DNA of 64,000 nt, from the NCBI GenBank assembly GCA_044892525.1, contig CM097885.1, forward strand, positions 144,212,001 to 144,276,000, given 5' to 3'. Origin of the DNA: Schmidtea polychroa (Eukaryota). The notes beneath the pieces were generated by a model, which was not told the DNA's origin, did not search any database, and saw only the letters and a program-made list of their open reading frames with translations. Positions 33,752 to 48,985 of the stretch are shown here, in pieces (the first letter of the stretch is position 1; every line of letters starts with the position of its first letter). The translations under genes and the position numbers were made by a program.

Positions 33752-34877
33752 CAACGGTGGGCAAATGCGGCTCTTCGTTGAGTAAACTGCGGCTCATTGA
33801 TAATTGAATTCTTGATAATCGAATTCGATTTTTTATTTTGAAATTTTTCACTAAATGTTTTGAGAAAAAATTTTTTGTTGCAATTGTATTTTCATAAATG
33901 TCAAAAATTAACGAAACATTGTTTTTCACATTTTACTGCTTTTTAAAATTATTTTGTAGTAGGCGGCGCTTTGTTATAACAACGAGAGAGAAGCATAAAA
34001 AATAAATTTAGTGAATTTTGATTGGTTATTATTTTGTTTGTACAAGATTGCGGTCGTTTGTATATTTTAGTATAGTTTTCTATTCGTGTTTTTTGAAAAA
34101 TTTGGTAAGAAGATTTTTTTATGAAGCATTTTAAAATTTTAAACTAATTAAAATTAAATTAATATCTTTTTATTATTTTGTTTAAATTTCAGCTATATAG
34201 TTATTTAAATTTATTATTATAATGACATCAGAAAACATCAAAAAACGAAAATACAGACAAGAAAATAGAACTTTTCAAGAAGAATGGACAGATTTTTTTT
34301 ATTTGTGATATTATTGAAGATGAATTTCCAATTTCTGAAGTAATACTTGTTAAAAAAGCGGTTGGGGAATTGGAGTTATTAGATATGAAAGAGGACCAGG
34401 CTTTGCAAATGCACCATAAATCTACTTCTATAGTTGAATTTTGGAAACTCGTACCAGAGGCAAATTATCCACACTTAAAACAAGCGGCTTGCCGTCTAAT
34501 TTCAATTTTTGGTACAACATATTGTTGTGAATCTCTGTACTCCACAATGAAGTTCGTAAAGTCGAAATATCGTTCACAGTTGACCAATCAGCATCTTACA
34601 GAATTGCTGCGAACAGCTTTAACAAAGTATACACCAAATTTCAAAGATTTGACCAAAAGTCTTCGTTAATTCAAGAAATTTTATTACTTTTTATTAATGG
34701 ATTTTTATGTTTGTTACTTAATGTTTGAAATAATTATTTTGTTTTTTTTTAATAGCGTTTAAGTCTCTTTAATCAAATTAATGAAATTAAAAAAAATATG
34801 TACTTTACTATGGTGGCTCTGTAAAAAATAAATTTTCGGAAAATGTCTCTTATTGAACCCATGCGTGCCCACCCTTG
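33752..34877 (+). mobile_element. Internally deleted hAT element (SPIN/Buster, GTF2IRD2-like), 1126 bp
   Basis: TIRs CAACGGTGGGCA / TGCCCACCCTTG, TSD ATATATAT. Retains the transposase start (34222: MTSENIKKRKYRQENRTFQEEWTD) and the C-terminal dimerisation region (34370-34669: FWK...YPHLK...ISIFGTTYCCESLYSTMK). Confidence 0.85.
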
Positions 34878-34900
34878 ATATATATATATATATATATATA

Positions 34901-35172
34901 CAGCACCGGCGCTAGAGTTTCAGATGATGTGTGAAAATTGCATATTATCGCCTTCGCATTCCATAATAAGAGTAAAAAAAACGATAAATGCATACAAAAC
35001 AAAAATATTTTTCACAGATGGAACAATATTGTTCAAATTGGACTAGTTATTAAACAATAGAATGGAAATTGTTATGAAAATAACAAATTTCTGTAAAATT
35101 TTGCCGCCTTTTGTATTTTTCCGCCGTGGCGCCTGCGTGAAAATCACGCATCGTACCCGCCTCATGCCGGGC

Positions 35173-35175
<3 letters not shown>
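34901..35175. mobile_element. 275-bp MITE with CAG(C/G)nCCGGC termini inserted in a (TA)n tract
   Basis: CAGCACCGGC ... GCCGGGCCTG, flanked by TA repeats on both sides. Confidence 0.65.
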
Positions 35176-35234
<59 letters not shown>

Positions 35235-36269
35235 AAATATATAAATAAATTGACATAATATTAAAACAAAGTCCCTCTACCTACCTCTAGTTTCAAATTT
35301 ATTTTCAGAGATAAATTTAATCAAAATAATAACTAATTGAACAATTCAATTTTTCCATTAATTTTATAATGGATTATCTTATATTTAGAACTTTATTAGC
35401 TTAGAATAATCAATTTCTATTGTAATTAATAATAATTAGAAACGTGCATAATATGAATGTACATAATGTGAAAAATAGAATGAAAATATTTTTATAGTTA
35501 ATTTTCGATTAATTATTATTTAAAAATTATAAGTTTTAATTTTCCTAAATATTTATACCTATAAAACAACTTAAATTTTTTATGATTCATGTTTCCTCTT
35601 TGCCAGTCTATCAAATACAAAGCCTTTATATTTACTTTATATTTATTTCAAAACTCCTTTTTAAAAATAATATAGCTTAAATGTTATAAATGCGATCAGT
35701 TTGTTGAAATAACTATTGGTGTTAAATTTGTATATTAAAATATATAATAAATATTAAAGTATTTTAAATTAAAGTAATTATATTTATGATCAATAATTGC
35801 ATCAATATTATTAATTAGCACGCCTCGGTTGTTTGACTTTTCAGAAAAAACGAGAATTTAAAATTGCAATTAATAAATAAATGTTGAAAGAAAACTTAAA
35901 TTTAATTGCATTTTTACTCCACATGTTTTTATTTCTAAATTACTTAAAATGTATTACACCATTTCCAAATCGAATCAGCTATAAGCTAACAATTTCTACG
36001 TCAAATTCGCAGGACATATTTTGTAATTATCCAGAAAATACACCAAAACACAATTAAATAAAAGTTGTATGTTCATTTATTATTTTGATGTATGTGGATA
36101 GAATCGGATGTATTTTCATTTGTCCCGTGGTTCCGACTGCATGTCACTAATAAGTATGTGTGTACACATCGGGTTGTGTACATGATTGTCTTCTTATAAC
36201 ACTGCTGAATATGAAAATGGTGTATTAAAACGCCACGCTTGCTAAATAGGTGTGCGATTTCTTCATTTA

Positions 36270-36950
36270 GTACTCTGCGAAAAAATAAGGCCTGTATTCC
36301 ATCCGAATTTCTGCTAAACCAAAAACGGTAAACACATTTAACTTTATTTGGTTTTCAAAAAAATATTACTATTGCATCGCATGTACCCAAGCCAGGTAAT
36401 GAAATAATTTTTTTGTCAACAATGTACCATGACGACACGATGACCGAAAATAAGATAAAGTTATGTCGGAAATAAATAAATATTATGATTTAAGCAAAGG
36501 AGGTGTTGATACTTTTGATCAACTTATTCACGAATATATGATAAAGAAAACAACTAATCGTTGGCCATTAGCCTTTTTTATGAATATACTAGATGCCGCT
36601 GGAAAAGCTGCATATGTTCTGTGGATGAAACAATTTCCGTATTGGAAACAAAGGAAACCCAACATTCGAAATTTATTCCTACGTGAATTGGATGAATCTC
36701 TAGTTGAATCTTACATAAGAAAGAGGCAAAATAGCAAAAACTTACACCAATCGTCCCAAAGTGCAATGAAAACTTATCTTGGAGCTTTGACTACTGAAAG
36801 TTCTTCTAGCAGACCTTCAACTTCCACTTCAGGTGAAAGCACCCGAAAAAGGAAACGGTGTCATTTGTGTCCATACGCAAAATCCAAAATGCAGAACAAT
36901 GCTGTGATAATTGCCAAATAAAATGTGTGTAATGAACACTGAATAAAAGC
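36270..36950 (+). pseudogene. piggyBac transposase, C-terminal half with frameshifts
   Basis: TLRKNKACIPSEF...FGFQ...FLSTMYHDD, then YYDLSKGGVDTFDQ...RWPLAFFMNILD and the C-terminal Cys-rich domain RCHLCP...CCDNC...VCNEH. Confidence 0.85.
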
Positions 36951-38999
36951 AATAAATTGTTCGTCATGCCAAAATAATTATGTATTATTTTGTTAAATTA
37001 TATATGTAATTATGTTTACATATGTATATATTTTTTTGAATTATGTTTTTATTTTATTTTTATATATATTTTTTTGAATTATTTTTTTTATTTTTATGTA
37101 AATAAAGTAATTTTTGTTCAATAATAAATTATTTGAGTTTAATTATTATCAAAATACAAAGAAATATATCATAGAGACTCAGAGGCACTGTTGTTTACTA
37201 GCGCTTGTAAAATAGTTGTGCTTTTTAGGGTAAAAGTATTATATGGTAAAGGTTTCACATTAATTGATTTTACAGAATAAAAAATTTACAACTCACATTT
37301 TGATCAAAGAAATATTTTTATTCCATTTCAGATTAATTTATGATTATTAAATTTCAATATTATTTAAATATGTATTTTCTCGATTTCTTTTAAATTTTGT
37401 AAACTAAATCATGAAATTGTAGAAAAAACACAGAATCATTGAAATTTATAAAACATTTGCCTGGAGCCATTTTGTAAATAATAAAATAAATTTGTTAATT
37501 TAGGTTTTTTTATTAATAATTAATATCTATTCTAATTTAATTTTTAAAAAACAATATATTAAATTTATTTGTTATAAAATTACAATTTAAAATAATAATA
37601 ATTTTTATTTTTGTATGAATACATTTAAAAGTTAAATCATAATGCATGAATATACACCAATACCTCACTTTGCATTGATTCGGTTTGCGATCATATTCTT
37701 TAACACTCAATTTTCAGTTTGCGTTTAAAAAGTTTTACATTGGCTTTTTTTCTGTAATTTCGAATTATTTTATAATTCTCAGTAATTTTAATAAAATATC
37801 AAAAAATAATATGGTAAAACAATTAGAAATTTGCATGAAAAATACATGAAGAATGCTACTTCAATTTGCGTCGTTTCAGTTTACGCAACATTTTTGCAGA
37901 ACCAAACTGAGGTATTTAAATGCCAATATCAGGTTCTAGGGGATGTTGGAACTATTTTTCAAAACAATATTTGCCTGCATCATAAACTGATAAACTTTAG
38001 TCCAAAAACAATAAACATGCAAATAATTCCTCTCACAGTTAACAATAGGTCACCCATGAAAACAGAAAACGTTTCACAATACATAATTCGTTGCAACTGC
38101 AATGATTCTTTTTTAATTCCTTATACGTTGCACGTTTATTGAGGGTATTACTCTTTCACGGATTCATCACTATGCTTTCCAAAGTTGTTACTCATTGGAT
38201 CTCATTCATCAGACACGTACAATAATAAATGATGGTGGACTTCATCAATTTATTCACACGCTTTCTTAGCCAAAGTTGAAATATTTCCCTCACTATAGTT
38301 TAAAAACAGTAAGGTAACATTATTTGTTGTACAATCGCATATAGCGTAGTTCCACTGATATTGAAAATCTCCAAGACGTATAATCTGTTACAGTTTCAAC
38401 AGTCAGATAAATGAAGAGAAGGTGTCCTTCTACAAGAGTCTTCATTAGAAAAAGCAGGTTGCCACTCAAAATGCACATTCTTGGTGGTTATCTTTTACTT
38501 GGAAAAGAAACTAATGGAAGAAAAGAGAGAAGTTACAAAATTATGGAATGTGAAGTTGAATCTTACACATGTGTCAGAACAAATGATTCAAGCATCACTT
38601 GGCAAGTTCTTAAAACTTATGACTAAGGCGGAACTATGATACACTCATGTACTGTTTGGTATTACGAATGTTAATAGTGATCGGCTATCCAGTGAAGACA
38701 AAAAGCTATATTACTTGCAGGTAAAGCGTAATGACAAAGTTGTATATTCGACAAGTCATGCTGCAAACGACAAAACCATTTATTCTTCTAAAATAAGAAG
38801 ACTGGCAGCAGAATAACTTGTAACACCAACCTCAACGTTGCATGAACTTGAAGATAGTGACAGTGTTAGTGGCTGTGATGGCAGTGAATGTGAAGAGAGA
38901 GAATATGATAGTAAGCATGTCTCCAACTGAGAGCGCAATAAAAGTGAAGTAGAAGCGAAAATAGTTACTGTCACAATACTATCAACCAAAAAAATGTGC

Positions 39000-39720
39000 G
39001 AAAATATGTAGGAGAGTGTCGAAAAAAGATATTGTCATTCCAAAGCCATGTGAATCAGCAATATATATGTCGACATTCAAAGAATTAAGAAATTAAAGAA
39101 GGTATAATCGAATAGCTACTGCTTGAAGAATGGTGCTTAAATTTCAATGGGAAACACATTGATGGGAATGAATGTCAATTTGTATTAATTATAAATGAAC
39201 GAACATAAGTGAAACTGGATGCTTTATTAGGAATTGTGGAAGTTCTGGGAATAAATATAGAAATCCATCAAAATGATTGTGGCTGACACAATCAGAGTAA
39301 ATACTGGAAAATGAAGTAGAATTGTTATATTAGAACAAATGTTTGAAAAGAAAAATGCAAGTACAACACAATATTCCAGTTGCCAACATCACACATTGAA
39401 CAGGATTCTGTGTTTGATGATGGATGAAGAACTGAGCACCAACACTAGATCTCCAGAAATTGAATATATCCGTTTATATCTGTATTGACAAAGAACTATG
39501 AGAAATTGAAGGAATTATTTGTAAACGGAATAGAGAAAATCCTGGACGAAGGTGGATGGAGAGATAATATGGAGTTTTTATTTCATCTTACTTGAGCATT
39601 CAAGTTCTATAAGGAAAAATGATATTTTCCCATGATCACATTTTAGAAACTTTCTGACATCAGCAAGCCAACTGGAACTCAAAAGCTGTTCTTACACTTC
39701 TGGCTTTTATTTTTATCCCC
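39000..39720 (+). pseudogene. Highly degraded DDE transposase, possibly hATm-like
   Basis: IKMIVADTIRVNTGK...CQHHTLNRIL resembles the DTTxxNTG...CRHHxxE pattern. Many stops and frameshifts. Confidence 0.4.
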
Positions 39721-42072
39721 TGTGAGAAAATCTTTAGTAAAGGTCTGCAAATTTATTTCCTACACTTGTGTAGACTACAGTTTTGCAGACCAGACATATG
39801 ATTAACATGCTTTCAGGAATCTGTCAAAAGTATTGACGCTCCATAATAAATCATTAAGCTGCCCAGAGAATCACTGGAAGAAAGTACCATCTGTCCTGAC
39901 TACATCACCAAGCAATCAGTTCACAGAACACGCAACCAAAGTGATACAAGACTTTTTGATCTGTGCATGAACATATATAAAAATTACCTTTTCAATTTAT
40001 ATAGACTAATAAGCATGTTTTTTCAATATATATATATATATATTACAATATGAATAGTGAATCATGATTTTTCTTTGCTTGACTGAATTTTATTTTGAAT
40101 ATAAATGTCCCTTTTATTCGGTCTCAATGAATTACTTTTAGTGGAAACTCTTAAAATTAGTAAATGCGAAAACAAACCTCATCTTAGTTGATTTGGAAGA
40201 TTATTGGGAATATTTTTTAATTTTTTCGTATGGCATTAAGTAAATTTTATAAATTAACGTGAATAGAAAAAAGAAATTTATTTGTTTTAAACAAACAGTT
40301 TATAATATCGTTTGTTAAGATAATGTTTAGCGAATTAGTAAAAATTTTAACATTATGATACAATATAATGTAATATAAAATAATATAATATCCTAGTTTA
40401 GCAATAGTTTATTAAAGGTTTTTAAATTTTACATCTCTATTTTAAGATACTTAAGTTCTTCAAATTATAATAGAATAAGTTTTCCTTGGTTTACAAAACT
40501 TGATACTAGTTTCCCGCGTCCTTGCAAATCTTTAAATCTTTAACTTATTCTTTGCAGTGCCGAGTCGAGGTCGCTTAACGCCCTTGGCATAGAAGTAATG
40601 GAGCGCCATTTTTGTACTGTTTATATTCTCATATTAAAATACCAGTGAATTTGATTTACATATCTAAGAGATTGAGACACCATGTACAAACTGTTGTATT
40701 TGCGTATCAAAATAAAAATAACGGGCATCTCCGTCATAAACAAATGAAAAAAATATTTCATAAATGTCATTATGCGAACATAGGAATTAAAAAAATATAA
40801 TGAAATCATTATAAAATCTTCTCCCTATACTCCCTATAACACAACACATGTTATTTAAAAAAGAAGTAAATAATAAAATATTATTATGTTTATAATATAT
40901 TTATTTCGTCGACTTTCATGCTAAAGATTACAATACAACCTTTCGTGACAATTATCTTAAAAAAACTTTTTGTAACAATATTTTTTCGAATATTGAGCGC
41001 AAAGTGAGTGCCCTTGGCAAATACCAATTTTACCCTAAGGAACAGCCGGACGGTATTCTATGAATACCATGTTGGTAAATTTTCATTGTCCTGAATGTGC
41101 TATGATTATAACTATTATTTTATTATAAACGTAACACTTATACATTGTGCTCAACGTTAAAAAATATTTTCAAATGAAAGAACCAAGAATTCACAAGTAT
41201 TTTATTTTAGGAATTGTTGGGAAGGAATCAATTGAGAGCAAGTTTATAATTCTTTTTACAAAAATTTGAAATGTTTTTATTTTATTAAAAATGGTATTTT
41301 TATTATCCACACTCGATTACATAATCTTTGTTTATTGTTTAAATTGATATTTCTTAAATAACGTTAAAGACTTTGAAAATAACTGTTAATATGTCCAAAT
41401 ATCTTGTTAATAAACATTTTTTAAACGGCGTTATTTGATTAAATATTTGTTTAAATTAACAAAAAGTAGATAAAGCTGGATTCGATGAAAAATGTGCAAA
41501 AGTTGTGAATAAAAATTCCATCTAATCATATTTATAATAACATTTATTAATTTATTTAAATAAAGTTAAAAAATTAAACAAATTTTTGATTAAACTAATA
41601 AAAACAATATTTTTAACCGATAGTTTTAAAATAAATATATCTGCTATATTGTTAAAATTAATTTAATTAAAATTAATTTTATTTTATTTTATTAATTTAA
41701 TTATTACTTAACCACCCAAAATGCAACTCATTTGTATTGCATATTGAAACAAGCAAAAATCAAATTTAGAAAACTATTGTAACAAATTCAAATTATTTAA
41801 ATTTTATTTTTCAAAAATTTTAATTTTCCCTCTCAATACGTTGACTCAATATGAAAATATTGAAATCAATTACATTTATCATTTAATCCATGATTAATTT
41901 TGTTTTAATCTATCGAATCATGAAAGCTCAAATCCCTATCTAAACACATGTTGTTTTACAGATAAACATATTCGTTCCAAATTTCAATAAGATTAATAAA
42001 TTTACATAAACAATTTTATAATACAAAAATTACACAAGACTATTATGACATTTTCGGAGAAGGGTTATCATT

Positions 42073-42696
42073 TTACACAAAACTCGATGAAACGTAGCAC
42101 TTTTTTGAGTGGCATTTTGTGGAAGCGTTATTGTTGTTGGGGTTAGTGCTGGATGACGCAGTAATCGGTTGATAAGTCAGCAATTGTTGTTCATCTTTAG
42201 GGGACTTTTTATTATGAGAGGAGGGCAACGTTTGCTGTTTGATTTTTGTTTTATTGTTTGAAGGATTATCATCGACTATTGATGAAGAATCTTTCTCCTC
42301 AACTCCAAACTGATTAATGTATGCAGCATACGAATGAGCATTATAGAAAAAACTGTTGTCGTGAGATTTAATTGAAGATTTGAATCCATTATTTGATAAT
42401 GCAACATTCTCAATGCTACTCCATTTGTTACCCGGGATTTGTGCAGTTGGCTTGTCGTTCAGTTCACGCCTGGTTTGAATGCATTGTTCATAGTTTCGAC
42501 TGTCAGAATTAGCTTGTAAAATACTTGATTGCACTGGTAAAGATCCAGAACTACATAATGATTGAATGTAATTGGAATTTAGATGGATGGGAGTGTATTT
42601 GGCTTCATCCATCCGCATTAAATGGGTGTAGTTGTTTTCTAGAAAAAGATTAGTATAGTAACAGGAAACATACCATTCAATGGAATAATCTCTCAA
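42073..42696 (-). CDS. Probable large low-complexity (S/N/Q-rich) exon of an unidentified minus-strand host gene
   Basis: 207-codon open frame in very AT-rich DNA. The first ~20 codons probably include a 35-nt intron (GTATGT...TTTCTAG). Other exon-like blocks lie at about 46-48 kb on the same strand. Confidence 0.45.
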   Translation of the reverse strand: MRDYSIEWYVSCYYTNLFLENNYTHLMRMDEAKYTPIHLNSNYIQSLCSSGSLPVQSSILQANSDSRNYEQCIQTRRELNDKPTAQIPGNKWSSIENVALSNNGFKSSIKSHDNSFFYNAHSYAAYINQFGVEEKDSSSIVDDNPSNNKTKIKQQTLPSSHNKKSPKDEQQLLTYQPITASSSTNPNNNNASTKCHSKKCYVSSSFV

Positions 42697-43043
42697 GTAT
42701 AATTAATTCTCTCAATTTTGTGTGAAATTTATTGAAGCTGAAATCCGGGAAAATCTACTAGATTTTAAAAATAATTGATTTTTTGAGAATTTCCTACTGA
42801 AAATTACAATCCAATCTTTTTGTAAACTTCTTTTAACATAATTATTACTTAAATTATTATTTTTTTCATAACTAAAATTTCACGATTTAAGTATTCATTT
42901 GTAAAATATATATTTAAATAAAGTCTGAAAGTCTTATTTTCATATTCTGAGCAATGTCAACATAATGCAATCATACACACACTGTTGAAGTTTTAGGATT
43001 AAGTAACTTTTTAAAGTAAAATGAAAGAGAAATACATTCTATT

Positions 43044-43390
43044 AATGTTTGGGCTGGAATTTCCTCGGGTCATCTTATTGAGTCATATATTTTTCTGAAT
43101 AAACTGACATGGGTAATTTATCTTCATTTTCTCACAACATTGGAATTACACAATATTGGAATCATTTATGTTGGGGCTTCTACACATTTTCTAAAGAATG
43201 TTAAAGTATATATAAACAAACGTTTAAAAAGAAAATGGTTAAGACGTGGCGGACATACTGCATTGGTACCTTGCTCAGCGGATTTAAATCTGTTGGAATT
43301 TTATTTATGTATGAATTGAGACGTTTGATTGAAAACTGTTGTCAGGAAATACGAAAGAAGTCGGGAATGTTTGAACATGTATTTGAATAG
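43044..43390 (+). pseudogene. Tc1/mariner-family transposase relic
   Basis: NVWAGISSGHLIESYIF...GASTHF...KWLRRGG...PCSADLNLLEFYL...GMFEHV, degenerate versions of VWAGI / QDGAPAH / WIGRGG / WPPRSPDL / GHFEHL. Confidence 0.7.
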
Positions 43391-43800
43391 TGCTACATTA
43401 TGTATTAAAATAAAAAAAATTGAAAATCGAAAATCTTCTGCAGGTAAAATTAATGTTAATATATTTTATAATAGTATTTGTATTGATCATACTTTGAGGG
43501 GATGTGACTTTTAAAGAAAGCATTTTCAAACCCATATAACGTGAAAAGGACGGTCACTTTCATAAAATTTAATTAAACTTCATTTTGTACCTCACACATT
43601 TGACGCTCAGTTTAATAATAAAAATAATATTTATACAGTAAAATATTAATACAAATAACTCATTTAAAAACGTACTGTCGGTAGCCGGAGGAGAAATTGA
43701 GCCCATAGCCATTTTATTGAAGTCTTCCTAAAAATTAAAATTCAAGATTTAAAATCTTTTGAGTTTTTAGTGAAATGGTAATTTTACGAATAAACGGAAA

Positions 43801-44009
43801 CTCGCGTATAAGTCGAGAAATTCACGTCAAATTTTCAAGTCAAAATAGCCACTTCGACTTATAAGCGGGTCAAAAAACGTACAAATTAATTTTTAATGAA
43901 ATCATTAAACATTTTTTTTAATTTTGTTACTAAGATTTATACGCGGGTTTCCAATTTAGGACTTAAAAACCTCTTAAAATTTACTCGACTTATACGAGAG
44001 TATATACGG
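43801..44009. mobile_element. pogo/Tigger-like MITE
   Basis: CTCGCGTATAAGTCGAG at left and CTCGACTTATACGAGAGTATATACGG followed by TA at right. Confidence 0.7.
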
Positions 44010-46539
44010 TAATTAATTAATAAACAAGATAATCAATTATTCATGACTTTTACAGAACAATTTTCGTGAAATGTTTTAGTCAAACACTGTGAATGTACTT
44101 TCGAACATTCATGGAAATATTAACTTAGGTATCTGTCATCACTATCCCTTTAAGAACGTTTAAAAACTGTTGCCCATAATACATTTTTATCAATCTTTTA
44201 GAATTACAGGAAATTATTTCAAAATAAACCTTTTTTGAATACGAAAGGAAAGGGGCCCACTGGTTCTAAACCGCCAATCCCCAGGTACATATCGGTTCAT
44301 GGAAATTTTAAAATTTAAGTTAATATTTGTAAAGCAATTAAAAGCTATATAGTAAAAGTAGCACGCAGGCTCACAAACATGTCGCATCATTTTTGTTATG
44401 TCTAGGTAGGTAGTAGGACAGTAATAAATAAAAATAAATAATAAATCAAAAAAAACAGTTAATAGATAAAAATATGCATTTTCCAGTTGTTTCTACCCTT
44501 TTTACAATAGTAATTTTTAGGGGAATAATATCGCAACAGGTCTGGGTAAAAAAAGTTGGATATTTGGGTTCACAAATACTACCCTAGACGATTTAAACAG
44601 AAAAAATTAAATTATTTAATTAAAAATGGAATCTAAAGAATTATTATTTACAAAAATTCTAGATGCCTACAGAATTATATACAATAAAGTCAAAATTCTC
44701 ATTTGTAATAAAAAACGTACATAAAAGACAATTCGAAAAAAAAATCATTGCTTTTATCTATGATGATTTGAGGATAAAAGAGAGTGTATACCAAATTAAA
44801 AATAATTCCAAATATATTCGGAATTAATTTGATATTTTTCAATAAAAGCAACAGGTGAAAATAGATTTATACAAGTAAATTTTATGCAATATGAATTTTT
44901 TTCCATCAACATATTGGCATTGATATAGTGATGAGGACGGCGATGGGGAGGGGGGTAGGAGGATGATGTATGAGTATGTAATTATCGAATTTCTAATGAA
45001 TGCATGCATAAGTCGTTTATACGCTGGATACTTTCCTGGCTGAAGACAATAATGAAAAAGCTTGGGTTTGAGGGAGAATTACCGGTGAGAGTAATTCCCG
45101 ATTTTAGATGCAATACAGATTAGTAATTCCATTGCCAAAATGCAATGCTTTGCATTAAAAAAAATTATTTTATTTTAAACAAATATTTTAAAATTATTAT
45201 TTCAACTTTATTTTTTTGATGAATTCCAAAGAATAAAAATTATTTAATTTTTAATTAATCAAAAACCAGGAGAAAGCTTGTTCTTTTTTTTAATAATTTA
45301 TTTCCGGGTTGATTTGTTTTTTTTTCATTTATCGATTGATATTTCAGCCATTTTAAATCCGGTCATGAATTTTCAAAGAAATCGAGAGAGAATTGAAACA
45401 CGAAAAATGCAATTTCAATATTTTATTGTTTTTAAAAAAATTCTTATTATTTTTTTTTGTTTAATGAAAATAAAGCCATTGAAAAAAGCACTAAGGCGAT
45501 AACGACAGGCAAAAGCGATAGTCATTCTTCATTAAAATTTCCCTGAGTTGTCAGTATGCAATTTTCTAGAGATCCAAAGTATTTTCTTTAGCCAAACTTA
45601 AGCCCTCTGGGTTTTGATGGTTAATTGAATATGTTTTTCATTTGACAATGTTAATTTGGAGTTGTTTTAATCATCTGGCAGTGATTGTAGATTTTCCGTT
45701 TTTTAAACAAAAGGAATAATTTTGATTTCTTATTTTCTTACATGTGACTATTTGGAAATTATTTTCATTATCGTATTTCCNNNNNNNNNNNNNNNNNNNN
45801 NNNNNNNNNNNNNNNNNNNNNNNNNNNNNNNNNNNNNNNNNNNNNNNNNNNNNNNNNNNNNNNNNNNNNNNNNNNNNNNNNNNNNNNNNNNNNNNNNNNN
45901 NNNNNNNNNNNNNNNNNNNNNNNNNNNNNNNNNNNNNNNNNNNNNNNNNNNNNNNNNNNNNNNNNNNNAACTAAATAAATTTGTCGATAGTGGAATCATT
46001 TATTAAAATATAATTCAAATAAATATATATGTAAGCCATAATCCGATGTATTTATTCATAAAATGAAATATTTCGATCTAAAAAGGGTCTTGATTAATCT
46101 AATACAAAATTTAGCGACTGTTTCTTTCTCAGTTTTCTCTGCTCGCTCTCTGAAATATTTATTAAGAGAAGAAACAGAGAAAGAACTTATTACATTTTTT
46201 TATTAGAGTCATTATGACCTATTTTAAGTCGGGATATTTAGTTTTATGAAAAAATACTGCGGAATATGGCTCTTTAGTTATTTATTTAAATTATATTTTA
46301 ATAGTAATAATAATTTATTAATAGATTAAAATTAATTACTTGACAGCTTGCTGCATTTACATTAAGAAGATCACATTCATAATTTCCTGTTCCATCAGTG
46401 CAATAGTTGTTTAACTCTTTTTCGTGAGTCAAATCTGAAAATGATAATAAAATTCGATAAATATATAATTTAATTGCTTAAATAATTAAATGAAATTTGA
46501 AATAGGTATTGAATTAAAATTGAATTAGAATTTTTAATT

Positions 46540-46670
46540 AATTTATTAATTAATTTATTAATTTATTATTAATTTATTATTAATTTATTATTAATTTATT
46601 ATTAATTTATAATTAATTTATAATTAATTTATAATTAATTTAATTTATTATTAATTTATAATTTATTTAA
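46540..46670. repeat. AT-only minisatellite (TAATTTAT(T/A) units)
   Basis: Direct observation. Confidence 0.85.
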
Positions 46671-48985
46671 TTTATCTTCATTTAACTTTTCATTATAGAT
46701 TACTGTCTTTTATTTTCTAGATAAAAACGAAGATAAGTGAAATTTTAAATGAAAATATCATACTATCATATCAATTTTATTGCAAAAAATAAAACATTTT
46801 TCATATTATTTTTCAAAGAAAAAGTTCCAAAAATTTACTCAAGTCGCCATTCGTATTTTTACAGAAAAATAATGACAAACAATAACAAATTCATATTTTT
46901 AAAATGGCAAAAACAAATTAATAAAGAAAGTTTCATCAAAATTCAATTTGAAAACCAAAATAGGGGAAAAAACCTTTGTAATTTTTATTTAATATTATTT
47001 CATGTGATACATGTCGTCATTTATTAGGAGATATCCATAACTAAGTCTTCATTACTTTTAATACTCTTAATAACTTTATTCTAGAGTGAAACATAAGAAA
47101 ATATATTTTCCTGTAATAGAGATTCTGCTCTTACGAATCACAGATCTGCAACAACCGTCTTAAACTATCAAAAAACGTTAATCCTTTACCGCTTAAATGG
47201 TATTGTAGGATTCTGTAAACGCGATAGTCTAGGATTTGAAGAATATGCATGATTGGGTTTGATATACAATATATTTTCTTTAATTTTTAATGCGAAACCT
47301 TTGAGACGTATTAACGAGAGTTATCGCGTTACATGATTTCTTTTAATTAATTGAGGTTATTTCATGGAAACATAATTTTGGTCTCCTAACTCAGTGATGC
47401 TCAAACTATTTTGATTTCCTACCCATTCTTCCTCACTTTGTTTTAAATGTTGTTGCTATTCCTGGATAAACAGTAGACTTTTTTTTAATCGTCAACATAG
47501 TTAAATTGAAATTCGTTAAGAGATTTGAGCTTATGTTTCTGCCTTATTAGAGGTTTGTATATGTATATTTTAATTATGTATATTTTAATTAAAAATACTT
47601 TTAAAAAGCTTTAGATTATAAGGATTCAATGTGAGGTATGCACTTGTAAAAAGTTCATGATTGCTTCTATGTTCAGATCTGTATTGAGAATCGCAAGCCG
47701 TAAGTTATCTTCTCGATTCAATGTAGATATTTTGTTTTAATCTCAACTAATTTGGAAAGACCAGTTTTAAATTTTATCAGTTTTTACTTTTAGTATCTCT
47801 ACTGGTTTGTTATAGTGTTTTTACAGTGCTGTGCTTATATTCTTGCACTGTAAACCAAATATACATGTGTCAACATCTGAAACGTAATCGTTATCATTAC
47901 GTCGGTTCGCCTACCGGTAGCCGAAGTCTAGGTGTTAAGTATTGATATAGACAATTGTTTTCGTAAAAAAAAGTAATTCTATTTTTCCAAACAATATAAT
48001 TTCAATTCACTATTTTCCTAACACCTGATACTTGTTGAAGGAAAGCCTTATCGTCTTTATTGACAAACAAATTTCTTTTGCGCACCACTACTATAGCAAC
48101 TTATTGAAAATTCCACAAAAAATTGACCTGAGATTAGTTGTATTACCTATTTCCCATGTCAATTTATAGACTCAATATTATAGAGAACTACCAAGTCATC
48201 AAAATCGTCATTTCTCCTATCGGGTGTCGACGATAATCTTTCTCTATAATTCTTATTTTTTGATCATTGAAGTTTAATGGACTATCAAGTCAAGGGGTAT
48301 ATTCCATATTGAAATAAGTTTTTAAATTTTGTAAACTATCGGTAACACTTAGAGACATTTAAAGCATCTCCATACTTCTCTAAGAGTATGCAATGTATAT
48401 TAATAGATGTTTATAATTATTTTAAATAATTGATGGATTTAAATTTTAATACCCGTAATATTAACAAATAAAATATTTTCATTATTTTGATTCAGTTATT
48501 CTTTAAATATTTATTAAAATTAATATTGAAAAATCAAATTTTGAAATTTTTTTTTAAAAAAAATAAAATAAAAATGTTTGTTTTTATTTGGAAAAAAGAA
48601 AAAGTTCGATAAAAAAATTTGGGAAAATATCAATCATGCAATTACGCTCGATGGAAAAGATTTTGCAAATCAACGATTTCGGCTTTTTTTCATTTATTTT
48701 TGTTAAGTTGCACTCTCACAAAACAAACTAAAATTGAAAATCAAGTACCACTACAATTCTTCAAACGATCCAAGTAAATTCCGAAAATTTAGAAAAAAAG
48801 AAAAGTATATATAAATAATCGTTTGAAAATTTGTTAAAATTAAATCGATTATCAAAATAATAAATTTAATTAATAATAAATAACTGAAACATTTATGTAT
48901 TTGACTGTCGTAAATTTATCGGTTTTTATCAATACAGGAATTATCTTGAATTTTCCTGAGTCTCGAGAGCTATTATTCCAAATGT

